The position numbers and the translations under genes were made by a program. A DNA stretch of 64,000 nt, taken from NCBI GenBank assembly GCA_013265495.1, contig MU057796.1, positions 310,001 through 374,000 of the forward strand. The letters run 5' to 3'. This document shows, piece by piece, positions 39,850 to 55,095 of the stretch; within the stretch, counting starts at the first letter, position 1, and each line of letters starts with the position of its first letter. Origin of the DNA: Vicugna vicugna. Its lineage: Eukaryota. The notes under the pieces are model-generated. The model had not been told where the DNA came from, made no database searches, and worked only from the letters and a program-made list of their open reading frames with translations.

Positions 39850-40810
39850 TAATGTTGGGAAATGTTCTGTGTGTAATTGAGAAGAATGTGGATTCTGTTG
39901 TTTTTGTGTTGAGCTGCCTTTAAATGTCAATTTAGTCAAGTTAGCTGACAGTGTTCAACTCTACTGTATTCTTTCTCAACCTTTACTTATTCCAACAGTT
40001 ACTGTGAGAGAAGTCTTGAAATATTTAATTATACTGTGGATTTCTCTATTTCTTCCTGCAGTCCTATCGGTTCTTACTTCATGGATTTTGAAGCTCTGTT
40101 ATCAGAGGCTTAAGTCAGGATCATTATGTCTTCTCGATGAACTGATAACTTACTATTTTCATTTTATGAAATGACCTTCTTCATATCCTGCAAAGTAATG
40201 TTCTGGAATCTACTTTGTCTGACATTAATGCAGCCACTCTGACTTTCATTTTATTGGTTTTTCAGACTATATCTTTTCCTACTCATTTGCTATTAATCAA
40301 TTTGTACCTTTATATTTAAAATGTGCTTCTTGTAGGCAGACCATTGTTGGGTCTTACCCATTATGACTATCTCTGCCCTTTAATGGAGTATTTAGACCAT
40401 TTATATTTAATATTATTATTAATCTGATTATGTTTGAGATTTTTATCTTGCTGTAGGTTTTCCCCATGATCCAAAAGTAGAATGTTCCTATGAAAACTTT
40501 TGTAAGCCAAAATGGCATGAAGTGAGGAAGCAATTACCTTTTTTTTTTTTTTGTAAAAATGAAAATCCTCTTTCGATTTCTTTTGGTTGGCCAAAAACTG
40601 GTAGTAGAGTTGGTCTTTGGAAAAGTGAAGTGGTGTAAAGTGAACTTGTGAAAAGCAGGGAATGCTATATTTGTGTCTATTTGTGTCATTTTTCTTGGTC
40701 TTCCTTTTCCTATTATTCTACCTTCTTTGGATTTGAACAATTTTTATGGTTCCACTTTAATCTCTGTTGGCTTATTAACTAGAATTCTTTTTTTTTTATG
40801 GTTTCTTTAA
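39850..40810 (-). mobile_element. Old L1 fragment (ORF2 endonuclease region)
   Basis: tgagaagaatgtggattctgttg...ttttgaagctctgttat...tctactttgtctgacattaatgcagccactc...tttagaccatttatatttaat. Confidence 0.75.
40454..40667. mobile_element. Tigger-type MITE nested in L1
   Basis: aggttttccccatgatccaaaagtagaatgttcctatgaaaacttttgtaagcc ... aaagtgaacttgtgaaaagcagggaatgcta, followed by TA. Confidence 0.6.
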
Positions 40811-40859
40811 GTACACATCCAGTGTAATAGATGTCTCCTTAATATTGCGCAGACCACTA

Positions 40860-41245
40860 ACCATGCTCCTAGTTCAGTGTCTTTGCTGTCTCTGGCCTTC
40901 TGCTGGAAAGGGTCTCCTCTATCTCTGTAGCTCACCTCCCCATTTCATTTGGTCTCTGCTCAAATACTGCTTTATCAGAGAGGCCCTTCCTGACCTCCTA
41001 ATCTAAGGGAGCTCTCTAAACCTGGTCTGTAACTCTCCACCTTTAATCTTGCTCAATCATTCTTTGTAGTCCCTATAATCTCCTGATGCATATTTATTTG
41101 TTTACTGTCTTTTTCTCTCTACTAGACATGTAAATTTCATTAAAGCATGGAACTTTGTTTTGCTCACTGTTGAATTTCCAGTATGTAGGAAAGTGGCTGA
41201 CATATTAAGCCCTTACTATTTGTTGAGTGAGTGAATGAATGTATG
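40860..41245 (+). mobile_element. L2 3' end
   Basis: ggtctctgctcaaat...tcagagaggcccttcctgacc ... tatttgttgagtgagtgaatgaat. Confidence 0.75.
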
Positions 41246-41849
41246 AAAGATTCAGAGTTGAGGGAGGGAGTAATATCTCAGTTAATGTCTACCTTGATCT
41301 GCTGCAGGATCTGATCACCAGAATGCACTGGGAGAGGTGAGCACCCCTTCATCTCAGTCACTGCTCTGGCTGTGGCCCTTTAATAGTTGTACACTTGCTA
41401 GAAAAGGGTATCTTTTCTAGTCAGAAGAGGAATACGTACCAGTGAGATGAACACAAGGAAAGAGTCTGCAGGGCATTTTTGTTTTCCTTCCTAGTCTCTG
41501 TATTGTATGGTTCCCAACACACCCTGCCTTTCTTTTTTCACATTCACACTCTAGATTATGTTTTGTTCACAAGTTTTACAGTACCAGAAAACTCAGAACT
41601 TCCGTCATCTTTGGTATTTAGAGGTCAGGATTTTTTTTTTTCCAGAAAAAAAAAAAAAGATGTGTAAGGAGAGACAGAGAAAACGATAAAAAGTAACATT
41701 TGGGAAATCTGATTTAAGGAGCCTTAGGAATTCTTTAAACTAATTTTTTTTTACAACTTTTCTCTAAGTCTAAAATCATTTCCAAATAAGAAGTAAAGAA
41801 AATAAATTCAGGCATCTTCACTTCCACCCCTGGCTCTCATCCCTACAGC

Positions 41850-42550
41850 CAACAGGGTCTCCGAGTCCTAACCTTGTTTCTAGCTTGTCATCTGACTCTG
41901 TATGCATCACCTCATTTCCTTTACCTCTGGCTGTACCCTGCTTATTGCTCCTGCTGCTCCTGTATCCACTTGCCTTGAATCTCGCAACAATTTGGGGAAC
42001 TGGCCTCCTGAGGCAGTTTCTCCTGGCTGCTGTCCACCCCACATATGGCCACCTAAATGCTTGGCCTGAAATACAGATCTAATCATGTTGCGCTTCTTCT
42101 CAAAAGCCCCTTGCTGGCTTACAAAACAAAGTGCCAGCCCTCGACTTGGAGCTTGATAGTCCTACACACTTAGCCTCAAACACTCTTCTCAGACTTATTT
42201 CCCACCTGGCCCTTCTGTGTTCATCCTGCTGGATTCCCTGCCATTCCAAGAACACACACTTTCTGTTCTCTTTGCTTTCTCCCATCTCTTTCCATCAAAG
42301 GACTTCTTCAAATGCTACCTCCTCTGGAGGTCTTCCCTCTAGAGGTTTCCCAATAGTAGAATTTTCTTCTGAGGATCACACTTCTGTAGGACTGTGGTTT
42401 TTACCTTTGTTATGGAGTTTACATTCTTGGTTTCACCTCTAGTCTGTGTAGACTTTGACAGAAAGAAACATGTCTTATTCATCTTTGTCTCCCCAAATTT
42501 GAACACCTCTACCGCTATACTTACAAAACTAATCAATGTTTACTGAATTG
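41850..42550 (+). mobile_element. L2 3' region
   Basis: agatctaatcatg...ctcaaaagcccc; caaatgctacctcctctggaggtcttccct; catgtcttattcatctttgtctcccca...aatgtttactgaattgaa. Confidence 0.6.
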
Positions 42551-44584
42551 AACTGATTTAATTTTGAATCTCATTATCACCCTCCCTAATGGCTTTTTCC
42601 ACAGAGCCCTTGTCCATCAAACTGTTTCATTTCAATCATATTTATTTTTACCATAACTTTCAAAAGACCCAATCAGCTAAATTCTATATGGTATTCTGAG
42701 CAGTAAAGGCACATGAATGACCAAATATTTACACCACTTCAAGAAAACCACATGGCAGTGTAATTTGATGTGTAGTTATGTTCAGGGTGGCTTAGAAAAG
42801 TTCTGCCATAGCTGAAATCATGCTTTGTCTTGTATCCTTAAACACAGGTGCTTATGCAGGTATTTGTCTTAAAAAACCAACTATAAACTGTTGTCACAAG
42901 CACCTTTTCTACAGGACCATGATGTGCATGCACCCTGCTTAGTCTGGGGACTGGCTAATTTCAAGGTCGAAGAAAAACCTTTTATGAAATTTTTATTTGT
43001 TGACCTATTTTATTCTAACATAATTTCATTTTATTTACTTTTGCCACAGCTAACAATCACTGGAATCAGGAATTAGAATATGTCTTTTTTTGAATGGTGA
43101 AAAATAAAGATATACAGGGATTTCTAAAATCTTTTTTAATCAATTTTATTGACTGTGAAGATTTTCTGTTCCTTGAAATATGTCTGAATGGTATTAATTT
43201 AAAGAGATTCAAAGCAGAATAACATAGAAAAATTGCTGACATTTGTGCTGTCTAGTTAAGAGCTTTAGTAGTTCAGGAGGGAAATATTCTAGAATGTTCT
43301 TTTATAAGCAAATGCACATGGTTTGGTTTTGGAAATTCTTCCCCTAGGCAAATACAAGATAGAATTTTCCCCATCTTTTCCTTTAATTTGTTTTATGATC
43401 TGTTAAAATAGATTTTATGAATTAAAAAATGATAGTATTTTAATATCCACTGAAATATTTAGTAAAGGTCCATTTGTTTTTATTCTTCCTTCTTGAGTTT
43501 ACTACCTTCTCTTGAGATTAGTGGTATTTTTCTAACACATTTATGAGATAGCCATTAAATTCCAGGAACACCCCATTTTTATTGTATTTATTCTATTTCA
43601 AGAGACCTAAGATTTCATTTTCCCTACTTCTTTGGGATCTAATTTATTTTTCAAACTATTAAGTATCATTTAAAATAACTTTGCTTTTGGATCTGTCACA
43701 GACGGCTAGATTCATAGGTGTTTTTAATTACCCACAAAGCCTGACTCTCTTTGATGCTCCTGAATTTTGAAAGATTCCAGAAATCTTTGTAACTGGTTCC
43801 GTATATATGCCTGATTATATTCTTCAGTGAATGTGCAGTTCTGTTCACCACTGCCATGTTTCTCCTTACAGAAGGGGTCAGCATGACTCCATAATAGGGC
43901 CAAACACTTTCCACAGGGCAGTAGAGGTATTTTGTTCAAGTCTCTGGATGCTGAGACAACCCAGCTCGGACTGACCACAGGTGCTTGACTTGTGCAGTTG
44001 CTGCAGACAGTGTCACTGCATTCCTATAGTCTAGGGAACACTTATGCATTCTGAGTCCTTGAACTGCACAGAGATATCTCAAGGAATTTGTGGGGGAGAG
44101 ATTTAGAACACACATCTAATATAGATACCTTGAATATACCTCAAATAACTACCCCCTACCCTCGGCTAGCTTCTAATTACTCCCTTATAATTACCTTGTC
44201 CTCCACCACCCCACTTTCCCTCTCAACTATGTTTTGAACCATTTTTTTGCTGGAGAAGTTTGAGTAACTTAATAGTTACTTCACAAATTGATGAGAAAGG
44301 GTCTCATGTGTGTTCAAAGCACTTCAATTCTTATCTGGCTGCTCTTATGGGATCCCATCCTGTCAACCTTCTCACCCTGTCACTTGTGCCTTGGCAATAA
44401 TTGACATCTGCTAATGATTCAATAGTATATTTTAATAGCAATACATTTATTTGCTGGTACAAACATTTCCAAATTATTAGTTTATGTCTCAGAAGTTATA
44501 TAGAAGCATTCTTGTTAAATATTATTCATATGCCCTAATGTTCTCAGTGGCACTTTTCACTCTTTTCTTTTTTTTTTTCCCACC

Positions 44585-45732
44585 ATAAAAATTAAGGACA
44601 AAATCTCAGAATTTCTGTAGCAAATGTGTGGGGAGAGAAAATACAGGAATAAACAGGAAGGAATAACTTTAACCAAGAAGGAAGAACAAAATTCCCGGGA
44701 ATATTCTCATTCTTTCACAGACTCTGCTTGTTACAGGGCAGTCTCATCATTCCCATCTTTTCTTTCTCCTGTGGGCTTACCACTGCTGGCACAGGCTTGC
44801 TCACCAACGTTCCAACAATCCCTACACTCTGATATGTAAACTTTTAAGCCAGCTTGGCTTTCTGAGAATAGCCTGCCCCAGGCACAGACTGGTCCCTTCT
44901 CTCAGATCTGAGCCTGCTTGCTCCCCAGTGAAAGCTAGCCCTTCTCACCCAGGAACTGTAGCAAGGACTACCTCCTGACACTCATAATTATGGCACCAGT
45001 ATCATCATTTTTCCAGTCTCAAGTCTCATCTTTGAATCTTTTTTCTTCCCACATTCTGTATCCAACCATTCCTTAAACCTGACTTCACATATACAGCTGA
45101 AAAGGCGCCATGATGGAAGTCGAGGACATACATTCTTCTATTACTTCTGATTAACTGGGGACCTCTGCTGTGCCCATAGGTTCCTGGCCCATCTCTCCCA
45201 GGCTCTGCCCTTCTCCTTTGGCCACCCATGCCTCGTGCTAGACTAGCACACTGCTTGCTTCAAGTGCACAGAAAAGCATTATTCAAGGGCGGGCAATTTC
45301 CAAGATAACCATTTCACATAATTGCAGCAGATCACAGGTACAATTTCACACTACTCAGTTCTAATTCTGAGATGCTGTATAATAAAACCCAAAGTTCTTG
45401 TGGAAGAAATCGAGATAAAATTTCTTCCATTTTCAGGAAAGAGACAAGATTACCATTTGCTATGCTTTAGATGAGTGGACTATGATTTTACTTAAATTAC
45501 ATACAAGTTTTGGATTTATTAGCCAAAATTTAAATCAGCTGCTGGGTTAGGACTTTCTATGGTGTATTTCCATGGTGCTTCTGTGGTCTTTGTTTTCTTC
45601 ACTGAATTATTGATGGGAATTTTGTTCTCCCTTCTTGGTTACCTTATTTATTTATTCCTCCTATTTATTCCTGCATTTTCTCTCCCCATACAATTGTTAT
45701 GGAAATTCTGAGATTTTGTCCTCAATTTTTAT
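44585..45732. repeat. Long inverted repeat: arms 44585-44696 and 45615-45732, spacer ~918 bp
   Basis: The left arm ataaaaattaaggacaaaatctcagaatttctgtagcaaatgtgtggggagagaaaatacaggaataaacagg...aaccaagaaggaagaacaaaattccc aligns to the reverse complement of the right arm, ataaaaattgaggacaaaatctcagaatttccataacaattgtatggggagagaaaatgcaggaataaatagg...aaccaagaagggagaacaaaattccc. Confidence 0.9.
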
Positions 45733-46001
45733 TGAATATATGAGTAAAGTGCATAAAATGAGAAAAAGACTCTATGTAGTCTCTTATATATAGAAATATA
45801 TACGCAATGTATAGAGTACTCAGTAAGTTCTGATTTTAACAAGTTGTGATAGACAACAAGAAAATATATGAATTTTAGTATTTTTCAGTCATCCTTGATC
45901 AACTGAGTTATGCTGGACACTGACAAATTTCCATCTCTGATAGAAAAGAGTTGTTAATTATAACTTTCTCTGTTCAAAAATTATGTTTAAAAAGAGAGTT
46001 C

Positions 46002-46410
46002 TATTAAAGTATTTTAATAGTATATTACTATCCTATTAAATTATTATTACTATATTACTATATATACAATTATTATTACTAATATATTACTATGCTAATA
46101 AATTATTACTACTATATTACTATAATATTAAATTATTATTACTAATATTTACTATCCTATTAAATTATTATTACTAGTATATTACTATACTTTAAATTAC
46201 TACTACTATATTACTATATAATTATTATTACTAATATATTACTATCCTATTAAATTATCATTACTAGTATATTACTATCCTATTAAATTATTACTACTAT
46301 ATTACTATATTAAATTATTATTACTAATATATTACTATCCTATTAAATTATTATTACTAGTATATTACTATGCTATTAAATTGATAGTATAATGCTATTA
46401 TACTATTATA
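46002..46410. repeat. AT-rich minisatellite, ~27-33 bp unit (tatattactatcctattaaattattattactag)
   Basis: About a dozen variant tandem copies read directly. Confidence 0.92.
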
Positions 46411-47400
46411 TTATTGTAGTCTATAGTTTTTCAAAACAGCATAAAGGTGTGTCTCACTTTTTGGAGTAACCTTGAAAATTAGTGTTTAAATGGATTTCTT
46501 TAATATATGCCAAGAAAGTAAACTAGCAAGCCATTTTGCAATATTTGGTGAAGTTGAAAATGTGCATGGACTATTGCCTGTGCTTTCCTTTACCAGCCAT
46601 GCAGAGGCATTCTCCAAATGTGTTCTATTGCAGCAAGTAAACATCCTTTTTTAGTAGCTAAGCAAATAATATTAAACACTAACAAATACTGAGCCTTGCT
46701 ATTTGTTCTGAGTATTTTACAACCATAATCTTATTTAATCCTATTGCATTTTATCACCTTACAGAATTCTTATGTTAGGTATAAGTTTGGATTGATTTAC
46801 TTGAAGGTAGAATTCCAAGAGTCTGCTCTTCATAATTTATTTTATCATTTTAGATATTTGTATTCACACTGCTTTGTAGAAGTCTTAGTTTATTGGATAA
46901 AGTTTCTAAGACAGTGTTCATTATAAGGTAACAGGGCCATCCTGACATTAACATAAATAGTCCTAGTGTTTGACCTTTAAGAGACTTTTGCTTTAGGGTC
47001 CTAAATAAAAGGTAAACAGTTACAGTACATAGCAATGAATTTAATAAAAATGTGTTGGACTTACATGTAAAAAGGCATACCACTTAGTCAATGGACAAGA
47101 AATTAAGGCTTAAGTAAGAACACATACCAAGTTGACTATGCAAGTAAAAGTATAAATTTTCTTCAAATGTAATAATTAATGTTTTGTTTGTGTTTTTACC
47201 CCTTAGATCTTAAAAAGTTTTATCCAAAGGAAGAAAATATGAAAATATTTTTAAGTGTTAAAGAAAGAATATTGAAAGATGAGTAACTCAGCCAGATATT
47301 AAAGCTTCGTCAAAAGTCATAATTATTAAAATGTGATATGATTCAGTCAAAGAGTTCAAATGTTTGCTGTATTCTTGCCCTGTGACTCAAGCTTGTTCTT

Positions 47401-47885
47401 TTTTTTAATTGAAGTATAGTCAATTTATTGAATATACTTCCCTGTGCTATCCAGTAGGACCTTGTTGTTTATCTATTTTATATATATAGTTTGTATCTGC
47501 TAATCCCAAACTCCCACTTTATCCTTCATCCCACTTTTCTCCCCTGGTAACCATAAGTTTTCTATGTCTGTGAGTCTGTTTCTGTTTGTAAATACATTCA
47601 TTTGTGTCATTTTTTAAGATTCCATATATAAGTGGCATCATATGATATTTCTCTTTCTCTTTCTGTCTTATGTCATTTAGTATGATGATCCCTAGGTCCA
47701 TCCATGTTGCTGCAAATGGCATTACTTCATTATTTTTTATGGCTGAGTACTATTCCATTGTGTGTATGTGTGTGTGTGTGTGTGTGTGTCTCTGTGTGTG
47801 TATACATACACACCACAATTTCTGTATCCAGTCATCTGTCGATGGATATTTAGATTGTTTCCGTGTCTTGGCTGTTGTGAATAGT
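47401..47885 (-). mobile_element. 5'-truncated L1 3' end with internal (TG)n
   Basis: ORF 47519..47722 MPFAATWMDLGIIILNDIRQKEKEKYHM is L1 ORF2-end-like; TSD tcaagcttgttctt (47387-47400) / tcaagcttctcctt (47886-47899). Confidence 0.9.
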
Positions 47886-48223
47886 TCAAGCTTCTCCTTC
47901 ACATCACATTCTTTCCTTGTTTCATCCTGCTTCCTTCTCTGCTATCTGCTTCACAATCATCCCCCTACCCTTTACTATTATATTATCATTGTGTATTTTA
48001 TCTCATATTTTATAATCATCGCTTTTTGTTCTTGAAGGGACACATCAAATGCTTTCTGCTTCCAAAATATAACTCTTAGGTAGATTTTTTAATTTTCATC
48101 TCAGTGCAATGTTCTAATTTTTTGATATCACAGATTCTTTCCATCAATTCCATTTTCCTCTGTTTGCTCAATTGCAATGGAAGACTGTAAACAGAGTAGT
48201 ACTTCTGCTCACAGCTTGTTTTT

Positions 48224-48397
48224 GTTTTATTTTATTTTAAAAAATTTTATTGCAGCTTATTTTTTTAAATTAATTTTTATGGGGGAGAAGTAATTAGTTT
48301 TATTTGTTTATTTATTTTTAATGGAGGTACCGGAAACTGCACCCAGGACCTCGTGCTTGCTAAGCATGTGCTTTACCACTGAGCTCTACCCTCCCCC
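48224..48397 (-). mobile_element. tRNA-derived SINE, camelid Vic-1-like, with perfect 16-bp TSD
   Basis: The minus strand reads ggggagggtagagctcagtggtaaagcacatgcttagcaagcacgaggtcctggg; TSD ctcacagcttgttttt at 48208-48223 and 48398-48413, followed by AA (TTTT/AA L1 endonuclease site). Confidence 0.9.
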
Positions 48398-48769
48398 CTC
48401 ACAGCTTGTTTTTAATTATGAGAATCTTCCAAAAAATCTTATAGCTGCTAATATTGAGGCAAAATTTTAGTAACATTAAAAAAAAAAAAGTGGGAAAGAC
48501 CCAGAGCCATGGGAATTCTGGAAATGAAAACAGTCTTTGTAGGATTTGTTCTGCATTTTGTTTGAAATCTCCTTTTTAAAGCCAGTTTTCAGATTTGTCT
48601 TGTTTCCATGCCAGGTATGAAGGGTAACTATGTTCAACCAAATGAGCCCTATTGAAAATTCTTTGGAAGCACAGAGGAGTTTTATCCCATGCATAATCTT
48701 TTTCTTCATATATGTTAAAATTATCCCTATACAAACAGAAGAGTCAAGGAAATGTCAACCAACAATGTT

Positions 48770-50733
<1,964 letters not shown>

Positions 50734-52266
50734 AACAACTGTTGATCACGACTGACCATGGTAAGCACTTTATTATTAACCCATGTAACAACCTGCAAGA
50801 TCAGTATTATACTCCCATTTCACAGATAAGTAAAATGAATTTTCAAGGAGATATGAGAATAAGTACTTAGTAAACTAACTTGCCTGGGTCCATTCTGTAA
50901 AAGTAGAAAAAAAAAGAATTTTCAGTGAAAAGACTATAATTCTACAACTTCCCACAGAAGTCATTGATTTTTACCTCTTCGCTAAGGCCTGAATCTGTTA
51001 TATAACATCCCTGCCAAACAGTCATTTCACGTGCGCTTGAAACCTCCCACTAACAGGGAACGTTTTATCTTCCAGGACGTCCTATCCATCTGTGAGGGGA
51101 TCTGAGTCAGAGTTCTTGTTCATAAGTTATGGAATTCCACCTCAGGAGCCTTTGGAAATTGAGTCCAGAGTCTCCCTCAAGTTACTACTCTGCAGTTATT
51201 AATTTGAATAATTATGTCACTTCCTTCGCCAGAAACTGGTTCAGTATCAGAGCGTCAGTTAGTGCATGGGCTGAGGTCATGTAGGAGGAAGGCAAGTTAC
51301 AGGGGCAAGTTACTGGCAGTCCTGATAAGTCATGGTGGCTCCTACAAGCTAATCACAGTGAACAACCTTCTCCTTGGTAGAGTTTCTAAAGACTTGGGAT
51401 GAATAGCTCTGAAGAAGTCTGACCAGCTGCTGTGCTGTCATCAGGTGGGGTTACACAAAGCCCCTTCACCTGTGTCTCCTGAGTCTTCCCTTTTGTCCTA
51501 AGAAGTCGGTACCTTCTGGGTACGTTACTCTCTCTGTCTTCTGCAACTCTCTGGTATGCTCTGTGCTTTTGTCTGTTTGATTGTTTTTTCTAAAAGCTGT
51601 ATTCTCTCTCCATACTACTTGGATACATTTTACTTCATTCCTTTTCAGTTTGCAGTGACTTCATGCAGGGATCCATAACATACTTGCATCTTTAAGAAAA
51701 ACTCTCAGTTGCCAAAAGAAGTCCCTTATGTCTTAACTATTTTAACATTCAAAGGGCAAATTAGACAGAAATCTCAGACCTCTCCGCTGATAAGCCCCCC
51801 AGGTTCAGACATGTCACAGCAATCACATTTAGTTTGTGATTTTATGATGTCTAAAAAAGCAGAGCGTTCCCTGAGGGTAGGTGTCAAGTCTGATAGTTCT
51901 TATTCCCCAAAGCTGGAGTTAGTTCAGTGCTATACTCAACACGTATTTGTGAAATGAAGAAGTAGGTTCTAGGTCAATTCTGGGTCTTAATATTTGAACT
52001 GTGGTTTTGGGGGGTTATTTTCACTGACGTGATAAATAAACAGTCTGTTCTTATAAACATTACTGGAAGATTCTTCTGACAGGAGAAAGAGATGAGAATG
52101 GATGGGTGTGAAATGGCATGGGTTTGGATGACAGGACAGCATGAGAGGTGAGAGATGAACTGGGGAACTGGAGGAAGAATGGAGGACTTCATATTCGATG
52201 TAAGGATGCACATAAGCTGAATGGCAAAGCGAATGGGGAAGAGGAATGTGGAGGTGGTGGTGGCTC

Positions 52267-52287
52267 TGTGTGTGTGTGTGTGTGTGT
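52267..52287. repeat. (TG)10 microsatellite
   Basis: Direct reading. Confidence 0.9.
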
Positions 52288-52798
52288 ATACAAGTGAGGG
52301 TGGACAGATAACAGCAAAGGGGTATTGAAAAGGAATAAACACAATAAACCCAGATGAGATGAAAAATCCATAAGCAACGTAACATTGCACAGAAGGACAG
52401 AGAAGAGGTATGACTAAGCCTGAAATAGCCAACGGGATAAGCAACAGTACAAATCTCCCTGGAAAGAATGCTTATGAAAAGAAGGACGGAATGAAGACGG
52501 AGATGGTTTCAGGTGAATGGCCAAGTGAGAAACAGACTGAGCCCATGTTCATTTAAGGAAATCTCAGCGAGAGATACACAGGACAGAAGATGAACCTGGT
52601 CAAAAGGAAACTGGAAATGCGGCTAGAAATGGAGACAGTATAGAAATCCAATGAAGATTGGCAAAATGGTCTAGAGAGTAATATCCTAATTAAAAGGACA
52701 GATGTGAATTTTCATTATTCATTTGCTTTGGAGTGAAAGATCCAGTAAAAATGATCGTCTCAGGAATGAGGGTAGATAGCTCTGTGAAACCAGCGGGG

Positions 52799-52803
<5 letters not shown>

Positions 52804-52844
<41 letters not shown>
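52804..52844. repeat. (TG)20 microsatellite
   Basis: Direct reading. Confidence 0.95.
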
Positions 52845-52846
<2 letters not shown>

Positions 52847-54524
52847 TAAGGCAAAAAAGGTAAAAATAGTTCCCTCTATTTTCTGGTAACAAGAACAAAC
52901 AAATCAAAGTAACCAAGTAACTTAGGTCAGTATATATATTTTGTGAAAATTGAAAACAGAAAAATTGTGAAACAGTGGTGCCTGTCCCCAGGCATTGGCA
53001 TCCTCTTCTAATAGTGCAGCAGCCAGATACCCTGAAGGTGACAGCTGTAGGGTCTTTGATAGATTAGTGGCGACTAGTCCACTTTGGGATCCTTGCAAAC
53101 AATCTGAACTATTTTTCTTTTTTTAACATTTAAAATACCTAGACCAAAACCAAAAACAAAACCAAACAAACAAAAAAGCAAAACCAAAACCCAAACCTTA
53201 CTTTTGGAGTTTAGTTGCGAATGTCTGCCACATAAATCTGTAACTTCACTTCTCACCCATCTTTGTTTTGTGCTACGTTTTCCTCTTTTGGATTATCCCA
53301 CTTTCCCAGTAGAACTTCTTTAAGCCTTTTTGCCAAAGTGTGGTAGTCTTCCTGCTCCAGACTGTTACAAGGTAATCCTGCTCTGTGAAATCTTCTCAAA
53401 TACCACCCAGATCTAATACCCTCAGTGCGTGAGCAGTCCCTTTGTCCCATCACATGCTTCTCGGTGCAACTTGTGTTCAAATTATGCACGTATGTGACAG
53501 TTCACCAAGAACCACTTTATGTTCCCCATGTCTGCCTGTGATGTTTCAGTTCTCTAGGAATTAGGGAAATTAATGCACCGCTTCTAAAATCATAGCGTGT
53601 TGGAATGAGGAGGAAATTTTAGAGATCGTCTAGTCCAACTGATTATGAGTCATTTATTAACAGCTCCAAGGGAGTCATTCACAACAAAAAAGATAAACAA
53701 TTAGGGCCTCTTAAAAATCTCTAGAATAAGGAAGATTACAGGATTCCCCCGAGGAAGGAAAGGAAGCTGAGTGCGCTCATTTGGGCAGATGCTTGAACAG
53801 CATCTCCGACACATGTAGGCACAAACGCAGGGCTATGTTGATTCAATACAGTAGATGAGACTCCAAATCAAACAGACATTTATTAAGCATAGCGTCATGA
53901 TTAAGATATGCCCAAGGTATCAGAGAAATGAAATTATGTTCCAGAAATATGAGAGAGACTGAATACAGCTCATGGGGAAAAACCACAGTTCATGTGGACA
54001 GTCAGTCATAGTTCCTCTTCTAAATCTGTATCCTAATATTCTTGGAGCTCAGAATGTTACTGACAAACTTTATCACTGAGTAGGTTGATAAGAGGACTAC
54101 ATAAAACAACACCTAGTTTATATGCAGTACAGTTGCTAAAATCCTGGTAGAGGTTTGGCTTGAGAATATGACTCCCCTCGTTCTTGCTGTGGTCATTAAA
54201 ATTTGCTCAAGTCAACAATTGCATTTTTTTCCCAGACGACTTTGATAATATCCTGGAGCCCCATGTCCTATTCTAGTTCTGATCAACATGGTTGCGTGTG
54301 GAGCAGTTCTGTCTGAGCCGTTTCCTTCAGGCTTTCTTTGGGAAAATGCTCCTGGGGTCTTAGCATGGACAAGTCCTCAGCGGACAAGCCCCAGCTCACA
54401 TTTTGCCTTCGCTGTGAAGCCTTTGCTGACTCCCAAAGCCCAGACTGGGTGAGGTCGGGTTGAAGATTTCTCCCTGGACTTTCGTAGCTGTTTACTGAGG
54501 ACCAGTAAGAAGGTGGCTCCCTGG

Positions 54525-55095
54525 TCAGTGGTGCTGCCCTCTGAGTGGCATTTTGGAAACTGGTGAGGAGTTTTTGTTTGCTGAATGACAGCGGGCATTT
54601 CTGGCATTTAGTGGGCAAGAGGTAGTTCTGCAGAATAAAGTGTTCTTTGGACAGTATTTTTATGCATTTTTAAATTGCAATAACTTCTCCAAGAGTTCAG
54701 CTCCCATATGAATTGAGAGAAGACAGACTGCATATTGTTTTATTTGGAATGTAGTCAAGAATCAATGGCAGCTCCTCTTGTGATAGTTGAGCCCCAGTAC
54801 CTGCCGCCTCTCTCACTATGTACTAACAGTTTTCAGATGCGTGGCGAGTCTTTGTTTGGGGATAAGTATGTGTTGTACCATGTCCTCTGCTGTAGTCAGA
54901 CCTGAGCGTTTATGTGTATTATTTTGTCATAAGTTACAATCCTTTTATTTCTTCTTTATTTTATAATCAGGACAATGCATTGATTTTTCTGACCTTACTT
55001 ATGCAAGCATATATTCACTGTGAATTTCACTGCAGGACAATAAAGGAGATATTGAAAATATTTATTAGCGAAAGAGAGCATCGGGTCTGATGGGG
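54525..55095. mobile_element. MER20B-like hAT-Charlie element
   Basis: cagtggtgctgccctctgagtggcattttggaaa...ctggcatttagtggg ... aaaatatttattagcgaaagagagcatcgggtctgat. Confidence 0.6.

Noticed and set aside
46002..46410. CRISPR-like regular repeats
   Set aside because: No unique spacers and a eukaryotic context; it is a minisatellite.
47175..47286. Good plus-strand acceptor (tttttaccccttag at 47206) followed by LKKFYPKEENMKIFLSVKERILKDE*
   Set aside because: Short AT-rich peptide with no recognisable homology and no supporting neighbouring exons.
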